Shown here: positions 26,369 to 40,400 of the stretch, one piece after another | How positions within the stretch are numbered: position 1 is the stretch's first letter | Layout: every line of letters begins with the position of its first letter | NCBI RefSeq assembly: GCF_018350175.1 | Contig: NC_058368.1 | Location: forward strand, 201,006,001 to 201,070,000 | DNA: 64,000 nucleotides | From: Felis catus | Lineage: Eukaryota | Reading direction: 5' to 3' | Notes under the pieces: generated by a model | Databases searched by the model: none | What the model was told of the DNA's origin: nothing | The model's input: the letters and a program-made list of their open reading frames with translations, nothing else | Program-made: the position numbers and the translations under genes

Positions 26369-27038
26369 CTGAAACATTTTCAAATTTGATTCCTCTATAG
26401 TAATTTTAGTTAAATTTAGAAAGTATTTTGTGAAACTTGATTATTTCATAGATACGAGTGGTAAAATACTGTAGTCAGTCTGTATTTTGGTATGGCCATG
26501 AATTGTCACCATAATAAAATAGATAATCATTGAATTTTTCTAAATTTATCTATTTCAGTGTAATAATATTTTGCCCATTTTCCAAAGGTAAGGGAAGCCA
26601 CCATTTCTTTCTAAATGAATTATTAAACTTGTTTTCCTAATCTTTAAGTGAAATTAGGTACAGAATCTTCATACAAGTTAGCATGAACTTTAGATAAAGA
26701 TTTAAGTCCATGGGGTTTTATTCAAACTTACAAATCTTCAAAAGTTCATGTATCACCACTCTTTAACTTGAGTTGGGACTTCCAGCTGGGAGCAGCAGAT
26801 GACAAGATCCAAGTGAATTATAATAACTAATAGTTATTACACGGGGAAGAATTGGATAAAAAGCTGGGCCTGGAGTCAGGCAGCTTTTAGATCCTAACAG
26901 CATTCACACGAATCATGGTCCATATTTTCAGCATAGGCTATAGAAGTATGCAGTAGAGCTTAAAGATAACTCCCTTGAAGAACTAAATCAAGGTGGTTTA
27001 TCTCTAATTAGAACTTGACAGAAGTCATTCTGTTTCAC

Positions 27039-27478
27039 CTGCCAGTTTTCACGGTATTTTAGGAAAGCTTGTACTGATGATTATTAGCTCTGAAGGGCGG
27101 AATGTTGTACCTAAGAAATTTTCATAATAGCTCCAGCTTCCCATCCCGAACCATTTTACTAGCAGTAAGCAGCTATTTACATTCAAAGCTTCTGGTTTTA
27201 AGTACAAGTGTTCTTTTATGGACAGAGTTATTAGTTGAGTATCAGACAGCTACAACTTAGAATACTGTAGGTAAATTAAAATACAGTACTACATAAGTGA
27301 TTGCATAAACAGTGATACAGTTAGAGGTGAAGTACATTTTCCCCATTGAATTAAGACCTCACTATTACCTTTAAGCAGGCCTAATAAGATGTATGAGATC
27401 TTTTCAGTTTTATTTTACATATGTTTGGCTTCCCACCTCATTTACCAATAAAGCAATCACAAGAATTCAGGCTTTCCC
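27039..27478 (-). pseudogene. Two exon relics (27369-27478, 27039-27110)
   Basis: ttttagttttacttttag|...aag|gtaata and aatttcttag|...cag|gtgaaa. Confidence 0.5.
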
Positions 27479-28009
27479 CTAAAAGTAAAACTAAAAAGAA
27501 AGATCAACCTGCAGAGTTGATCAGTCTCTCTTCAGTCATTAAGCAAAGTAAAATCTTTCAATTGTTCAAGGAAAAAGAGTAGTGAGTGCATATTAATATT
27601 AGAACATTAGAAGTGATTTAGATAAAAATATTTAGGCCACAATGCATTTGGATTCTATTCAATTCTCATTAAAGAAAAAATATTTGGCTTATTTTCTTTA
27701 TCTTGATATTGTGATAGGAAAACTGTATGTATAAAATGAAATCAGAATTTTGGTGCTGTTTGACTTTGAAAAAAAAATCCCGAATGGCAAGGCTTTTCCA
27801 GGAAGATATTATGGGAACAATTAAAAATTCATTACAAATTAAAAAATGTTTCTTACTGTGTAAGAAAATGGAATAAACAAAATAAAAAGTAAAATGATGA
27901 TCAGGTAATAATATTTTCAACTCATAAAAGGCAAAGTGCTACCATCCTTAATTTTATTTTATTACAATTAAGTGCACTTGGTAAGAATATAATGTGCTTT
28001 TGAAAGTTT

Positions 28010-28260
28010 TATAAGCTTGGGCTTTTGGAGTCATGCACCTTGGTTTACAAGGCTGGTTGCTCCATCCCCTAGACATCTCACTGAGCCACAGTTTCCTTAT
28101 TCATGCAATGTTTAATCACTGGTGCTACTGTGCATCAAGCATCTCATAATTACTCTTTCTACACAACTTTATCTGAGGTATTAAATATCAAAAAGTTTAT
28201 TGAAAAATCACTTTACATAGTGTCTGGTTCCCAGTCTGCATTATACATGGCTGATATTGT
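28010..28260 (+). mobile_element. MIR-like relic
   Basis: Motifs gcttttggagtca...tctcactgagccacagtttcctt. Confidence 0.55.
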
Positions 28261-29149
28261 AATTTTACTGTAGAAAGTGATTTCATACTTCTTGCAGTCA
28301 ATTTTACCTATTCTATATGGCTCCAAAAAAACCCATCTTCATTTCCTTTACTAATAATACAGCATGGACCTATTGGGCATAAATATAGCTAAACGTTTTT
28401 AAGTTAATCTGTTTTCAGTCTACTGTCTCTTTGAGCAAGGAATCTATTACTCACTCTATAGAACTGTTTTCTCCATCAGATGATTTAGTTCCCCATGATC
28501 TACCACTGGATGTTTAGAATAATTGAATTCAGGTCAATAGATGGTTGTTACTGACTAATGCTTATTGAGTACAATATGCCTCTCTGTAGGCTTATACTTT
28601 CCATACTATGTTTTAAAGACTGGAAACTTCCTCTGTGTGAGTGTGGCAAAGCCTAAGACAATAGAGGGGGTAGGTTCAATAAAGTGGCATCAGCTAACAC
28701 TGTTGATGAGGTTTCTTATTGTATTGGTCCCAAAATACACTTTGTTACACTTTGAAAGTAAACATAAACCCTGAGCCGAGGCCATGATGGTAAAGATAGC
28801 ATTACAAGATGGCAAATACTTGCGTTACTAGGAATAAACTGTTGGCAGAGTCCTAAATGGGAAACTAGGTCATCCTATTAGAAAATACTGCAATGTTTCA
28901 TAGGCACTGGACTGGACATCAAGACATCTGAGGTCTAGTCCTAACTCTGGTAGTAATCATCTGTGCCTTTTTTGTTTTACCTGATCCAGAGATATTATAT
29001 CCATGAAAAGAAAGGTTTGGATTAACTGAATTTGAATGTTGCATTTTGATTTAAAAAAAAAATTCTCAAATCCTTAGAGTGAGCAATGTTGTTCTCTGAA
29101 TTCTTCAGCAAATAGCTAATACCATCTGTAGACCTAGATTCTTGCAACT

Positions 29150-29790
29150 GTGTCTATGCTGCTTCAAGAATTTCTGAATAAATACAGAACTTAGCAAAAG
29201 CTAAGTCTTTATAATGTGTAGAAAGCTCTAAGGAAGCAGCTGCGCCCCCATTTACTCCTATCCCTCCCTGACTATCCTCTAAGACATTCAGCCTTGTCAG
29301 ACGGGCACCAAGTTGATGCATGCTTTGAGGTCTTTGCTCTTGCTGATCCATCCTCCTAAATACACTTCCTTCCGGCATCTCCATAGCTCACTCCCTTATA
29401 TCTCTTCCCAGGCCTTTATTCACTTTTCATCTCCATGAAGACTTCCCTAACCACCCTATCAAAAATGGCAAACCCTGTCACTACCACCACTCCCTACGCC
29501 CTTTCCTTGCTTTATTTTTCCCCATTACCACTCACTACCATCTAACCGCTTTATATTTTATTTACCGTCTTGTCTATTTTCTACTTTCCTTCCTCACAAC
29601 ATACACACAAAGCATTAGGGCTGAGGTTTTTGCCTCCTCCAACCCCTGCTATTTAGCCGTAGGGCCTATAACAATGTCAAGCATATAAAAGGGGATTCAT
29701 AAATATTTTTAAATAAATAAATGTTTTGTTCAATACTATATAACTAGCACCTAGAATAGAACTCATCATGTGCAAGGCAATAAATAAATT
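29150..29790 (+). mobile_element. LINE-2 3' fragment
   Basis: Motifs ggtctttgctcttgctg, agacttccctaaccaccctatc and a 3' tail ataaatattttt. Confidence 0.75.
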
Positions 29791-30014
29791 CTGGTCAAAT
29801 AATTATAGTTATCCAATATTGGATATATGTTGAAAATGAAGGTAGAAATGTAAACCCTGATTCAAAGTGCAAAATCAAAATCATTGGAAATACTTATTTG
29901 TCACAAACCTAAGCTTCAAGTTTAATCAGCGTATCTGATAAGTTTCTATTATGTTTGAGTTCAGTTTTAATTTAGGATGGTTTATTACTATTTGGTAACA
30001 AATTGTAAATATTG

Positions 30015-30225
30015 TATTTGTTTTAATATTTATTTATTTTTGAGAGAGACAGACATAATGCAAGTGGGGGAGGGGCAGAGAGAGAGGGAGACACAGAATC
30101 CAAAGCAGTCTCCAGGCTCTGAGCTGTTAGCACAGAGCCTGACCTGGGGCTCAAACTCACGAACCGCAAGATCATGACCTGAGCCGAAGTCAGACGCTTA
30201 GCCGACGGAGCCACCCAGGCGCCCC
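30015..30225 (-). mobile_element. Can-SINE
   Basis: Antisense head gagccacccaggcgcccc; TSD caaatt(g/t)taaatatt. Confidence 0.96.
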
Positions 30226-30632
30226 CAAATTTTAAATATTTTAAAGATCTGTGTCGCTATTTTTAAGTTTGTCTTTGCTTTAGGTTTTATTTTCTATTCA
30301 TTGATAAATTTTATTTTGCCATATCAATATCCCACTTCTTATAGATTGTATTTCTTAATGAAAGAAGAAAACTCTTTTTATAACATGTATATGAAGGGCT
30401 AGTTTTCAATGAATGCATTCTGCCTAATAAAATAATTCCAAAAAATAGAATTAGTATGTCAATTGTGGTTACTTGCGTTTTAGTTGCATCCTAAAAGCTA
30501 GTAGACAGTATGTAAGCCTAAATTTTCCTAACATCCCCTTCTGGCTCCATTTTAGTACTCTCAAACTTGATCTAGACAGAAGGAGGAGAAATATATGTTC
30601 CCTCATGATACATTATAATTGCCAACTTTTAC

Positions 30633-31082
30633 CTTTTAGAGATGGGCAATGAATAGACTACTCTTCAAAATGACTCCACTCTGAAGGAATATTTTAAGAC
30701 CCCGTAATAGATTCATGACAACTGAATCCTCTTAGATATTAAGTATGCTCACACCACACGGCCAGACAGGAACTTCCATTTTAAAGTATTTAACAGGGAA
30801 TCAAATATCACAAAACAAATAGAGTATCACTTTCATGGATTAGACAGTTATAATGCACACTCAGGTGAACTTGATTTACTACCTCAAGGCTCATGCCTGA
30901 AAGCTTTTAAAGAAGATCATATATTTTTAAAAAATCAAAATGCTCAGGACAAGAACATCCAAGCGATATTTCCCTGCATACAGAGCCAACTTACACAATT
31001 AGAAATATATGACTCTATGACCACATAATTTCCCAGGCTGAGAAGATACTGCTCATGCTTAATTCACTTGTCTTCCTTTTTG
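30633..31082 (-). pseudogene. Two exon relics (30995-31082, 30633-30896)
   Basis: ttgttctttatacag|...|gtaagt and agctttcag|...aag|gtaaaa, separated by a 98-bp intron. Confidence 0.5.
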
Positions 31083-31936
31083 CTGTATAAAGAACAAATC
31101 TGATTTTGAGATCCCACAGGAATAATTCTTTGTCATATTATGTTATAGTTATTTTCTTATTTGCAATGTTTGTAGATTAAAGAGATTATTCTGCAAATGT
31201 GCATTTCAAATAATGAAGTAAATTTTTTAGAATCAAGCACGGTTTTGCAGAAAACTTTGAATATCAGATTTTCTAATAGCTATGTAAATCTATAAAATGA
31301 GAAGATCTGTTTCCAATTCTTTCAATTTTTACAATAAATGGAAATCTAAAAATTCTTTGTGTTTTTAGAGTATGCATTGGCCACATCAATTTTTTTTTAC
31401 TTGCCAATTCATTCGTTCAAAAAATATGTAAGATTTTTATTTTTCCCACCCCCACCATTGAATTTTACCTGTTTTGGAAGTAATTGAGGAATAAATTATA
31501 CGTTAATTATATAGTCACCAGCAACCTCTAATAGCAAGATTTAAATATATATAATTTTTCCCATTTTATGGAACAGACAAAAACGATATGGTAGGTTTAA
31601 ATAACTTACCCAAGTGAAACACACTGAATTAGTTATTGTTATAGGACTATAACTTACTATTGATTTTGTGATATTAGAAGCATCTCATTCAAGGTGAGTT
31701 TATTTGTTTCTATCAGAACTTTTACTTTCAGACACTAGCAAAAAATAAGATGGCATTAAATTATTCATTCTTAACAGCAATAAATTTTAGGTGTTAGGAT
31801 AAGCAAATTTAAGCATGAAGTAATTCTATCACTCTTTTACTTCTTTGCATTCATCAAGATATTCAGTTTCTATTAGCAGAAGCAGCGCAGGATATTTGTA
31901 ACTATTACATCAATTGATATAAATTAGGTTTTTTGG

Positions 31937-32160
31937 GGGGGCACCTGGGTGGCTCAGTTCGTTTAGTGTCCGACTTCGGCCTTGGTCATGATCATGCTGT
32001 TCCCAAGTTTGAGCACTGCATAGGACTCTGTGCTGACAGCTCAGAGCCTGGAGCCTGTTTGAGATTCTGTCTCCCTCTCTTTCTCTGCTCCTCCCCCATT
32101 CACGCTCTGTCTCTCTCTCAAAAAAAAAATAAATAAATAAATAAAATAAACATTTTTTAA
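31937..32160 (+). mobile_element. Can-SINE
   Basis: Head, CT tract and A tail present. Confidence 0.95.
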
Positions 32161-32169
32161 AAATTTCAC

Positions 32170-32537
32170 CTTTAAAATTCCTTTTGTCAGCAAAGCCTTT
32201 CATACAATACATAAGTGTAACCAAGTTCAAGTTTGCTCTTTATGTGAAAAAACACACATCTTCATAAAGAATGTGAAATCTTTTTTCCTGAATTATATTT
32301 CTCCCCATTTTGCTAAAGGAAAAAATGACTATTTCTATAACATCACCCGTCTAACTCGTCACAAGTACTTAAATAAATTAATAAGCTCTGTAAGATATAT
32401 TTCACATACATTAAATAATATGCTGAATAAGACAAAAGGCTAATGGAGACCGTCAAATCACAGGAGAAACCCAGAAACTACAAACTGGAATAATAAACAG
32501 AGAGGGCTGCTCTTGATCTAGGTTCTGAAGTTCTAGT
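32170..32537 (-). pseudogene. Possible exon relic
   Basis: tttatgtag|...aag|gtgaaa. LELQNLDQEQPSLF...YVKYILQSLLIYLSTCDEL. Confidence 0.4.
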
Positions 32538-32923
32538 CTACATAAACTAGAATCAGCAATGCAGGGCAAGGACAATATGTCTGTCTTCATTACTATAGAT
32601 CACAGTTTACTGTAAAAGTGATCTATGCAAAGCACTAATGACGATAAGGTAGCAAAATACCGAAAAGAACAAATTATATACTTAATTCCTATGGGATGGA
32701 TGGTGAAGATAGTAATTTAGACAGACTCCAGAAATGTTTCATGACATCTACCATGAAATTATATTTTTTAAAAACCTACTATTTGAAATTTTGACTTAAA
32801 TTGGAACAGTAATGCCAACCAATTAATAGATACTTAATAAAAGCTTGTGCTGTATATTAAATGTAGGAGATTCATGAAGTATCAGATGCCTAGAAGTCTT
32901 ACAAACTCTTTGCAGATTCATAG

Positions 32924-32924
<1 letters not shown>

Positions 32925-32964
<40 letters not shown>

Positions 32965-32981
32965 CATATATATATATATAT
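32925..32981. repeat. Compound (CA)n/(TA)n microsatellite
   Basis: Read directly from the sequence. Confidence 0.95.
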
Positions 32982-33469
32982 GAGCAATAACTCTTCCAGA
33001 GTCCTGTTAATGCTGGTGTATTTGAGCCAAAAATATTAATACATCTTTAAAAAGCAAGAATATGTATGTTCTACTTTTGCTTTCCATACAGAATTAAAAA
33101 TCAACATGACCAAAAATGTTCCCTTTCCTCAAGCCCTTGAATCATCCTAAATATCTCTTTGTCCCTCTCAGAACTAATCACTATGTTCTGTAATTCCTAA
33201 GAAATTTTCCTGTATGGCTATCCTTTTTTTTCCACTCGCTATCACCATGGCCCTGGTTCAGGCTAGTCTCTCTCATCAATACCCCCTAAACTGTTTATTC
33301 ATTCATTTATTCAATCAAATTTTACGGAACGCTTGCTTAGTTTGCAAGTGATTGTGCCAAGTAATGAATGAGATGTGTAATTTTCCTGTGGTCCCAGAGC
33401 CTGGAATCTTTTTCCTGTTACTATCACAGACCAACAGCACACTGCAGCTAGATATTTAAAATACAAATA

Positions 33470-33680
33470 GAGTGGCTTGTGCATGGCTCGGTTGGTTGAG
33501 TGACCCACTCTTGATTTTGGCTCAGGTCATGATCCCAGAGCTGTGGGTCAAGCCCTGCCTTAAACTTCATGCTGAGCATGAAGCCTGCTTAGGATTCTCT
33601 CTCTCACCTTCCGCCCACCTCTAAAATAAAATAATAAAATAAAATAAAATAAAATAAAATAAAATAAAATATTAAAAAAT
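33470..33680 (+). mobile_element. Old Can-SINE with a (TAAAA)n tail, inserted in L2-like sequence
   Basis: Motif ggctcaggtcatgatccc and the tail. Confidence 0.9.
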
Positions 33681-34237
33681 ACACAACCATTATGCTCTAG
33701 CCATACTGAAAACCATTTAATATCTCATTACCTAGTGTCCTAACTCCAAACTCCATAAGATGGATATAAGCCACTCTCTGTTTTGACTGATCCCTGTCTG
33801 GCTTCATAGCTTCAACTTTCTAGGCTCATCCATCCACTTCATATTTGACACTCTAAGAATTTTAAACTCCTTGTGTTCCTGAAACACTACAGAAATACCT
33901 GCTTTTTGCTTAGTCTCTTTCCACCAAGGGTATTCACTATTTATTCTTTTACACTGAGCTGAGTGGGACCTCATCCAAAAAGTCCTGCTTAAATTCCTGG
34001 AAGATCTTTCTCTGTACTCCTAGGCATCCTGCATGAGTGGTTTCTTTCTTATAATTTACCTTAGTATTTTCAAATTATCTGTTTCTTTCTCTATGTTGGG
34101 AGATCATAAAATCCTGAAGGGCAATAAGCACATGTTATCCATATGTGTACCCCTGACTGCTGGCTCTTAAAATGTATTCAATCAATATTTACTGAATCTA
34201 TTAGAACCATGTTGTGTTCTCTCCCCCAAAGACCGAT

Positions 34238-34688
34238 TTTTAAATTTTTTCTTTGAGTATAGTTGACACGTAATGTTACATTAGTCTCAGGTGTACAACA
34301 TGGTGATTCAACATCCCTATACATTATGCCGTGCTCACCACAAGTGTGGCTACCATCTGTCACCATACAATGCTACTACAGTGCTATTGACTATATTCCC
34401 TGTGCTGTGCCTTTTATTTCTATGACTTATTCATTCCATAACTGGAGGCCTGTATCTCTCAGTCCCCTTACCCATTCTAGCCATTCCCACACCTCTCTTC
34501 CCTCTGGCAATGATCAGGTTGTTCTCTGCATTCATAGGACTATATCTGCTTTTTGTTTGGTCATTAATGTTGGTATTTGTCTTTCTTCATCTGACTTATC
34601 TCACTTAGCATAATACCCTCTATTTCCATCCTTGTTCTGCGGCAAATGGCAAGATCTCATCCTTTTTTTATGGCTGTAAATGGCAAGA

Positions 34689-34736
<48 letters not shown>

Positions 34737-35560
34737 ATTTATCTGTCAATTAACACTTTAGGTTTCTTCCATATCTTGGCTATTTCAAAAAATGCTGCAA
34801 TAAACATAGGGGTGTATATATCTTTTTGAATTCATGTTTTCGTATTCTTTGGGTAAATACCCAGTAGTGGAATTATTGGAACATATGGTATTTCTATTTT
34901 TAATTTTTTTAATTTTTTAAATGTTTATTTATTTTTGAGAGAGAGACAGAGTGCAAGCAGGGGAGTTGCAGAGAGAGAGGGAGACACAGAATCAGAAGCA
35001 GACTCCAGGCTCTGAGCTATTAGCACAGAGCCTGACTCAGGGCTCGAACTCACGAACCGTGAGATGATGACCTGAGCCAGAGTAGGACACCTAGAACTGG
35101 CTGAGCCACCCAGGCGCCCCTCTATTGTTTATTTTTTGAGGAATCTCTTTACTGTTTTCTACAGTGGCTGCATCAATTTACATTCCCATCAGCAATGTAC
35201 AAAGATTCCTCTTTCTCCACATCCTCACTAGCACTTATTCCCTTTTATTTTGATTTTAGCCATTTTGACAGGTGCAAGGTGATATTTCATTGTGGTTTTG
35301 ATTTATGTTTCTCTGATGATCATGATATTGAGCATCTTTTCATGTGTCTATTGACCAACTGTGTGTTTTCTTAGGAAAAAAAATGTCTATTCAGATCCTC
35401 TGCCCAGGTTTTAATCAAATTGTTTTGGTTTTTTGGTGTTGAGTTGTATAAGTTTGCAAAAATCTTCTCCCATTCAGTAGGTTGTTTTTCTTTTTCTTTT
35501 TTTTTTTTTTTTGACGGTTCATTTTGCTGTGCAGAAGATTTTGATTTGGATTACATATCT
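34238..35560 (-). mobile_element. L1 3' fragment, containing (TA)n at 34693-34734 and a Can-SINE at about 34905-35120 (-)
   Basis: Motifs gttacattagtctcaggtgtacaacat, atttacattcccatcagcaatg and tcattgtggttttgattt. Confidence 0.92.
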
Positions 35561-35879
35561 CTTTTATGTATAGTGAGTACAACACAAGAAAATAAGAGAA
35601 CAAACAAGGGGTATGTTTTTTTTTACTTCCAAACTTTTAATTCAACCAACGTAAATGTTCTGGCTTTTCTTATCCTTTGAGTATAACATCAACACATTTA
35701 TCATTTCTACTTGACAGTTGCAATCTCTGGAATATTTGGTTCATGATTTGGTATGTTTTGAGGGACACGAGACAATCAAAATGAAGAACACAGTACTCGA
35801 GAACTACTTGGAATATGTACCAATTTTTTAAAGTGAATAAATTCATAAAAGCTCTTTATGATATATCCTGAGCCTTATC

Positions 35880-36305
35880 CCTCTAAGGTGAAGATACTGT
35901 CTCCAGTTATATCAAAATACTCTGTGCTCCGTGAATATGTCATCCTTGCCCATGCTTCTGGATCCTGATTTTTATTTTCCTGTTATCTGAATTGTCCCCT
36001 ATACTCACCCTTTACTTGGTTTCTACTTGGTAAATGTCTAGCTTTCTTTCAAGACACAACTAAGGTATTATTACCTCCAGTGCCATACCTTCTTTGATCC
36101 ACCATGCAAAGTTGTTCCATTTCTTAAATTCTTGTGCCATGTAGTTCATATTTTTACTATTGCACAACTCATCCTATCTTCATTATTTACTTCATTGTAT
36201 ATCTTTCACATTAGATAGGAAACTCTTCATACGTGTTTTTAGCCCACATCTCAGCACAAAGCCCATTCCCATAAATGTCTATTAAATCCAGGAATGAATA
36301 GATGT
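35880..36305 (+). mobile_element. LINE-2 3' relic
   Basis: Motif tctagctttctttcaagac and tail ataaatgtctatt...gaatgaat. Confidence 0.55.
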
Positions 36306-37096
36306 TGTATCTTAACTTGTTAAAACAGCTACACTACATCTTTTTATATCAAAATATATTTTATATATCCCAAGGGAAAGATGTTTAGAATAAACACAGT
36401 CATATAACAAAATGTCCTAGGTATGTATGATTGTATTCTTACTCAAATCAATGCATCAGCATTAATAAGCTTAGTTTAATTTTCCAGGATGTTCATATTA
36501 ATTATATGACTGTTTTTATTTTCATTTGATGAGAGGATACAGGTGAAAGTGTTTGAACAAACACTGTCAGAGATTCAATTAAATATTTGAACAGTCTATT
36601 TTTTAAACAAATAGCTTCTACTTTATTTTTCTCCACAGACTAGAATATTTCCCCATAATAGAAAAGTTATGTATTTATATGAGGCTATTTATAATTATTA
36701 AAGATTAGAAATTGGCTATCAGTGGAAAATAACAATAACATGCGAACTAAATATAGCTATGATGTTCCCTTATCTTAGTACCACATTGGTTTTTAATTAC
36801 CTTATAACCCCTTGCATGTAATTATTTATGACAAGAAGAAAAATTAACTTTATGTAGCAATTTACTCTTCTGAAGATGGAAAAGGAAAAAAATAGATTTA
36901 TATATTGTAAAAAGTTTAATAATTATTTAGAATGCTTATTTCATTACAATAATATAAATGTTTCTTTTATAAATTGGAATCTACTAATATTGTGAATTAA
37001 ATAACTCTAACTTTCAAAATTCAAGAAATATAAATTAAAAATTGGTACATATCATGAGCAAACCAAGGTTTTATTTCTTTTGATTAAAATCTTTAC

Positions 37097-37454
37097 AGGT
37101 GCATTCTGTTTTAAAAAAAAAGCTAATATTGTTAGACAGAAATGTGTATGGGAAAAGTCACTGACATTCAAAACAGGGACTGTTTCATCAGACCTGTCAA
37201 AGAGGTAAACCAATTAAAAAAATAATCACTAGACCCTAAAAGAGTAGTCTCGGTTATTCCACTGTCTGTTAGACTTCTAGGACCAAATTCACACCCCCAT
37301 ATACTCATACAACTCCGACTGAAGCTAAGTGGGGACGGAGGTTGATCTATAACATCTGACATTAACCTTGGACATCATTTAATAAAAGCAAAGCTGTCCT
37401 GTTCTAACTGGGTCACAATTAGTCTGGCTCCTCAGAGTCCACAAAATCAGTCTT
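37097..37454 (-). pseudogene. Possible exon relic
   Basis: Acceptor ttttttgtgaccacag. 64-aa open segment MSDVIDQPPSPLSFSRSCMSIWGCEFGP. Donor uncertain. Confidence 0.45.
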
Positions 37455-40400
37455 CTGTGGTCACAAAAAAACTAATTTTAAAATGGAGTTTATTTCATTA
37501 GAGTTGCTTACAGTGAAGGCAGTACAAAATAGAAAGTTCTGTTCATGAAGATTTGCATTTTTCATTAGAATTATAATATTTAAAAGAATTTAAAAGTCAC
37601 AGAAATCAAAATGCCATTCTCTTCTTTTTCTCTTCTTTGTCTGTCTGCCTATCAGAGATTGGAATGCATTCTAAATTAATAGAATTGAGGAAGATTTAGA
37701 GATCAATGTGAGTCAAGAGAGGACTAAATCTAAATAAAACCTAAGTAACTGTTTATCTGTTGTCAAAAACTTTCCTTCTTTCCCTGAAGATTACAGAATT
37801 CACATAAATATGTTAACAACATGTAAAAGTGGGAGGTTTACATCATAGCTTAACTAATTAGCAACTATAAAAGCTTGAAAATAAGGTGAAGAAAAACCTA
37901 CCAAATTTGAGTTATCCAATAGCACAACTAAATTTCTCATTATCTGAGAAATCAATCTCATTCTAACTTAAGATTTTGATAAAATGTGTGATTCCCTTGT
38001 TGTACTCTTCTTTCCCCCTCTCATAGCTTATATTTCTTCATAGCACTCATCATCACCTGCTAATGATATAATATATAGATATCTATAGCATATAGATATA
38101 TTATACTTACCTATTTAGGTTCTATTTCCTCTCTCTACAATGCAAATCTTATAGGCTAGAAACTTTTTGTCTCATGTGTTCACAGTTCTAGCTCAAATGT
38201 CTAGCATAGTGCTTATCATAAAATAAACATGCACCAATCATTGATGAAATAAATAATTAACTAATTAATTAATTAAAATGAATTGAAAGTAACATTACCA
38301 AAGTAACATTATAAATTGTTCCCCCTCAAAGAAGAATAACCAGCAAATATTCAAGAACAAGACACTGCTGAGAGAATCTTTAAACATGGAGGTAGGCTGG
38401 AACACCCATCCTACACCACAAAGACCAAGAAAGACTACATCCCAAGGGTTAAAGAAGAGGATGCTACATATTGAATGCATTACCCCTCTCCCAGGCCAGT
38501 GCAGCACTGCACAGAGAGAAGTCTCCCCTGAGCTGCCAGTTCCTCCAATGGAAAAAGAGAACAAGAGGGGATAATCAGCTCTTCCAGCATTTGTGGGTTG
38601 CTTTTCAGGAACCCCTACTCAAACTTGCCCCCATGGGGATTTCAGGAGAATCTAGGAGGCTTAAACCCCCAGGAATCTGACTCTAAGGGGAAAGAGACTT
38701 GCAACAACCAGTACTCAGATCTTGGCAGACCAAGTTCATACATTCAGTATCCAAGTAGTAATCCCAACTGGAGGTTTTGCTCAACTACAGAACCAAGTCA
38801 GGCTGCATTCTGACCAGGGAAGTCAGTGGGGTGCAGGTCTGCCTGATTCAGATCCTCAAATGAGTTTTGTTGACCCTAGAGTCTGGTTTTTCCATGCCAA
38901 GGCAAGGAGCTAAATCACAGCCCCACCCACTGTGGAGAGTGTTTTCTCACCCCAACTGAGCAAAAGAGTTGGTAACAACTCTTGGAAGTTATGCAGCCCT
39001 TTGGTACTTAAGCCAAGAGGAGGGCAAGCAGAGCTGATTGCCCCCGAGCAAAGCCAGTATCAGATGTGAAACATTCTTGTGCTTTGTAAGGGCAAGGAGA
39101 TCAATTCATAGCCATGGATGAGGGTAGTTCCTAGACCCTCCCCACAAGATAGCCATAACCTATTTGGGAAAATGAGAGTAGCCTGGAGTGGCCCCTACTT
39201 CTCCCATCCAGTCAAGAGAGCTCAGACATAGCCCCATTCACTGTGAAGAGTGTCTACTGGTCCTATCTGACCAGAAGGGCTGGAGACAACTCTTGGAAGC
39301 TGTGTGGTCCAGTGGCACTTGAGTCAAGGGTTGAGAAGGCAGAGCTGATAGTTTGCAGAACAAAGCCAATGGCTTGTTTGGTCAGGGGACTTGGGGTGTA
39401 GGTCAGCTTGAGTTAAGCCAGCAAAGAACTTTATCAGCTCTAGAGCTGCTTCTCCCCCCTGCACTGTTTGGGGAATCTAATTCATGGCCCTGCTCATCAC
39501 TGAATATAGCTTTTAGGCTGTCTAATGAAAGCCTGACCACAGCACCCTGGAAGCCATATAACCCATTCAATGGCCCTACATTCAGTGGTATTTAAAAAGA
39601 GAACAAACCCGTGTCTTCCCCTGTCTGCAGAGCACACCAGTGGCTCACCCAACCAGGGAAGTTAGCACACACTCTGATCTGATTCAAATATCCAAACAGT
39701 TAGCTGTATAGGCCCTGTGTTCCCTTCTGATGCCCTCCTAGGGCAGGAAAGCTAATTCATGGCCTCATTTACTACTGAATATAGTGCCCAATCCTGACTA
39801 TCTAGTAAACCAGAGAAACCAAGCAAATATGGAGCCCATCCTACAGCCTCACTAGTGTAGGAAACCAAACCAGTAGTCCTATCCAACTGCTCTCAGCCAA
39901 GGGTGCACCTCCCAATCTCCATCTTAGAGCTCAAAAAGTTGCCTCATTCCAAAACAGACCATAATAGCAGGCCCCCACCTATCCAAGAATATTCCCAGCA
40001 AACACACCAAGAAACTCAAATTGAGCTGACTGGAGAAGAACTGCCTCTGCCAAAGCTTACCTGTAAAGTCTGGAAGATCTGCCCAATTACTCAAATGTGC
40101 AGACACAAACAAGGAATCAAGGATCATAAAAAATCATGTAAATATGATACTATCAAAGAAAACTAATAAAACTCCAATAACTGAGCCTAAAGAAATGGAT
40201 ATCTATGAACTGTCAGACCAAAAATTCAGAATAATCCACTTAATAAGTTTAGTGAACTACAAGAAAACACAGATGACTAAACAAAATTAGAAAAACAATG
40301 CATGAGCAAAATGAGAACTTTGACAAGGAAATGACACCCCAAACAAACCAAATCCTAGAGTTGAAAAATATAATAACTAAACTGAAGGATTCTAAAAATT

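Noticed and set aside
27509..27855. Exon with a donor at 27508
   Set aside because: It would leave only a 30-bp intron before the 27478 exon. The acceptor near 27856 is plausible, but the boundaries cannot be supported.
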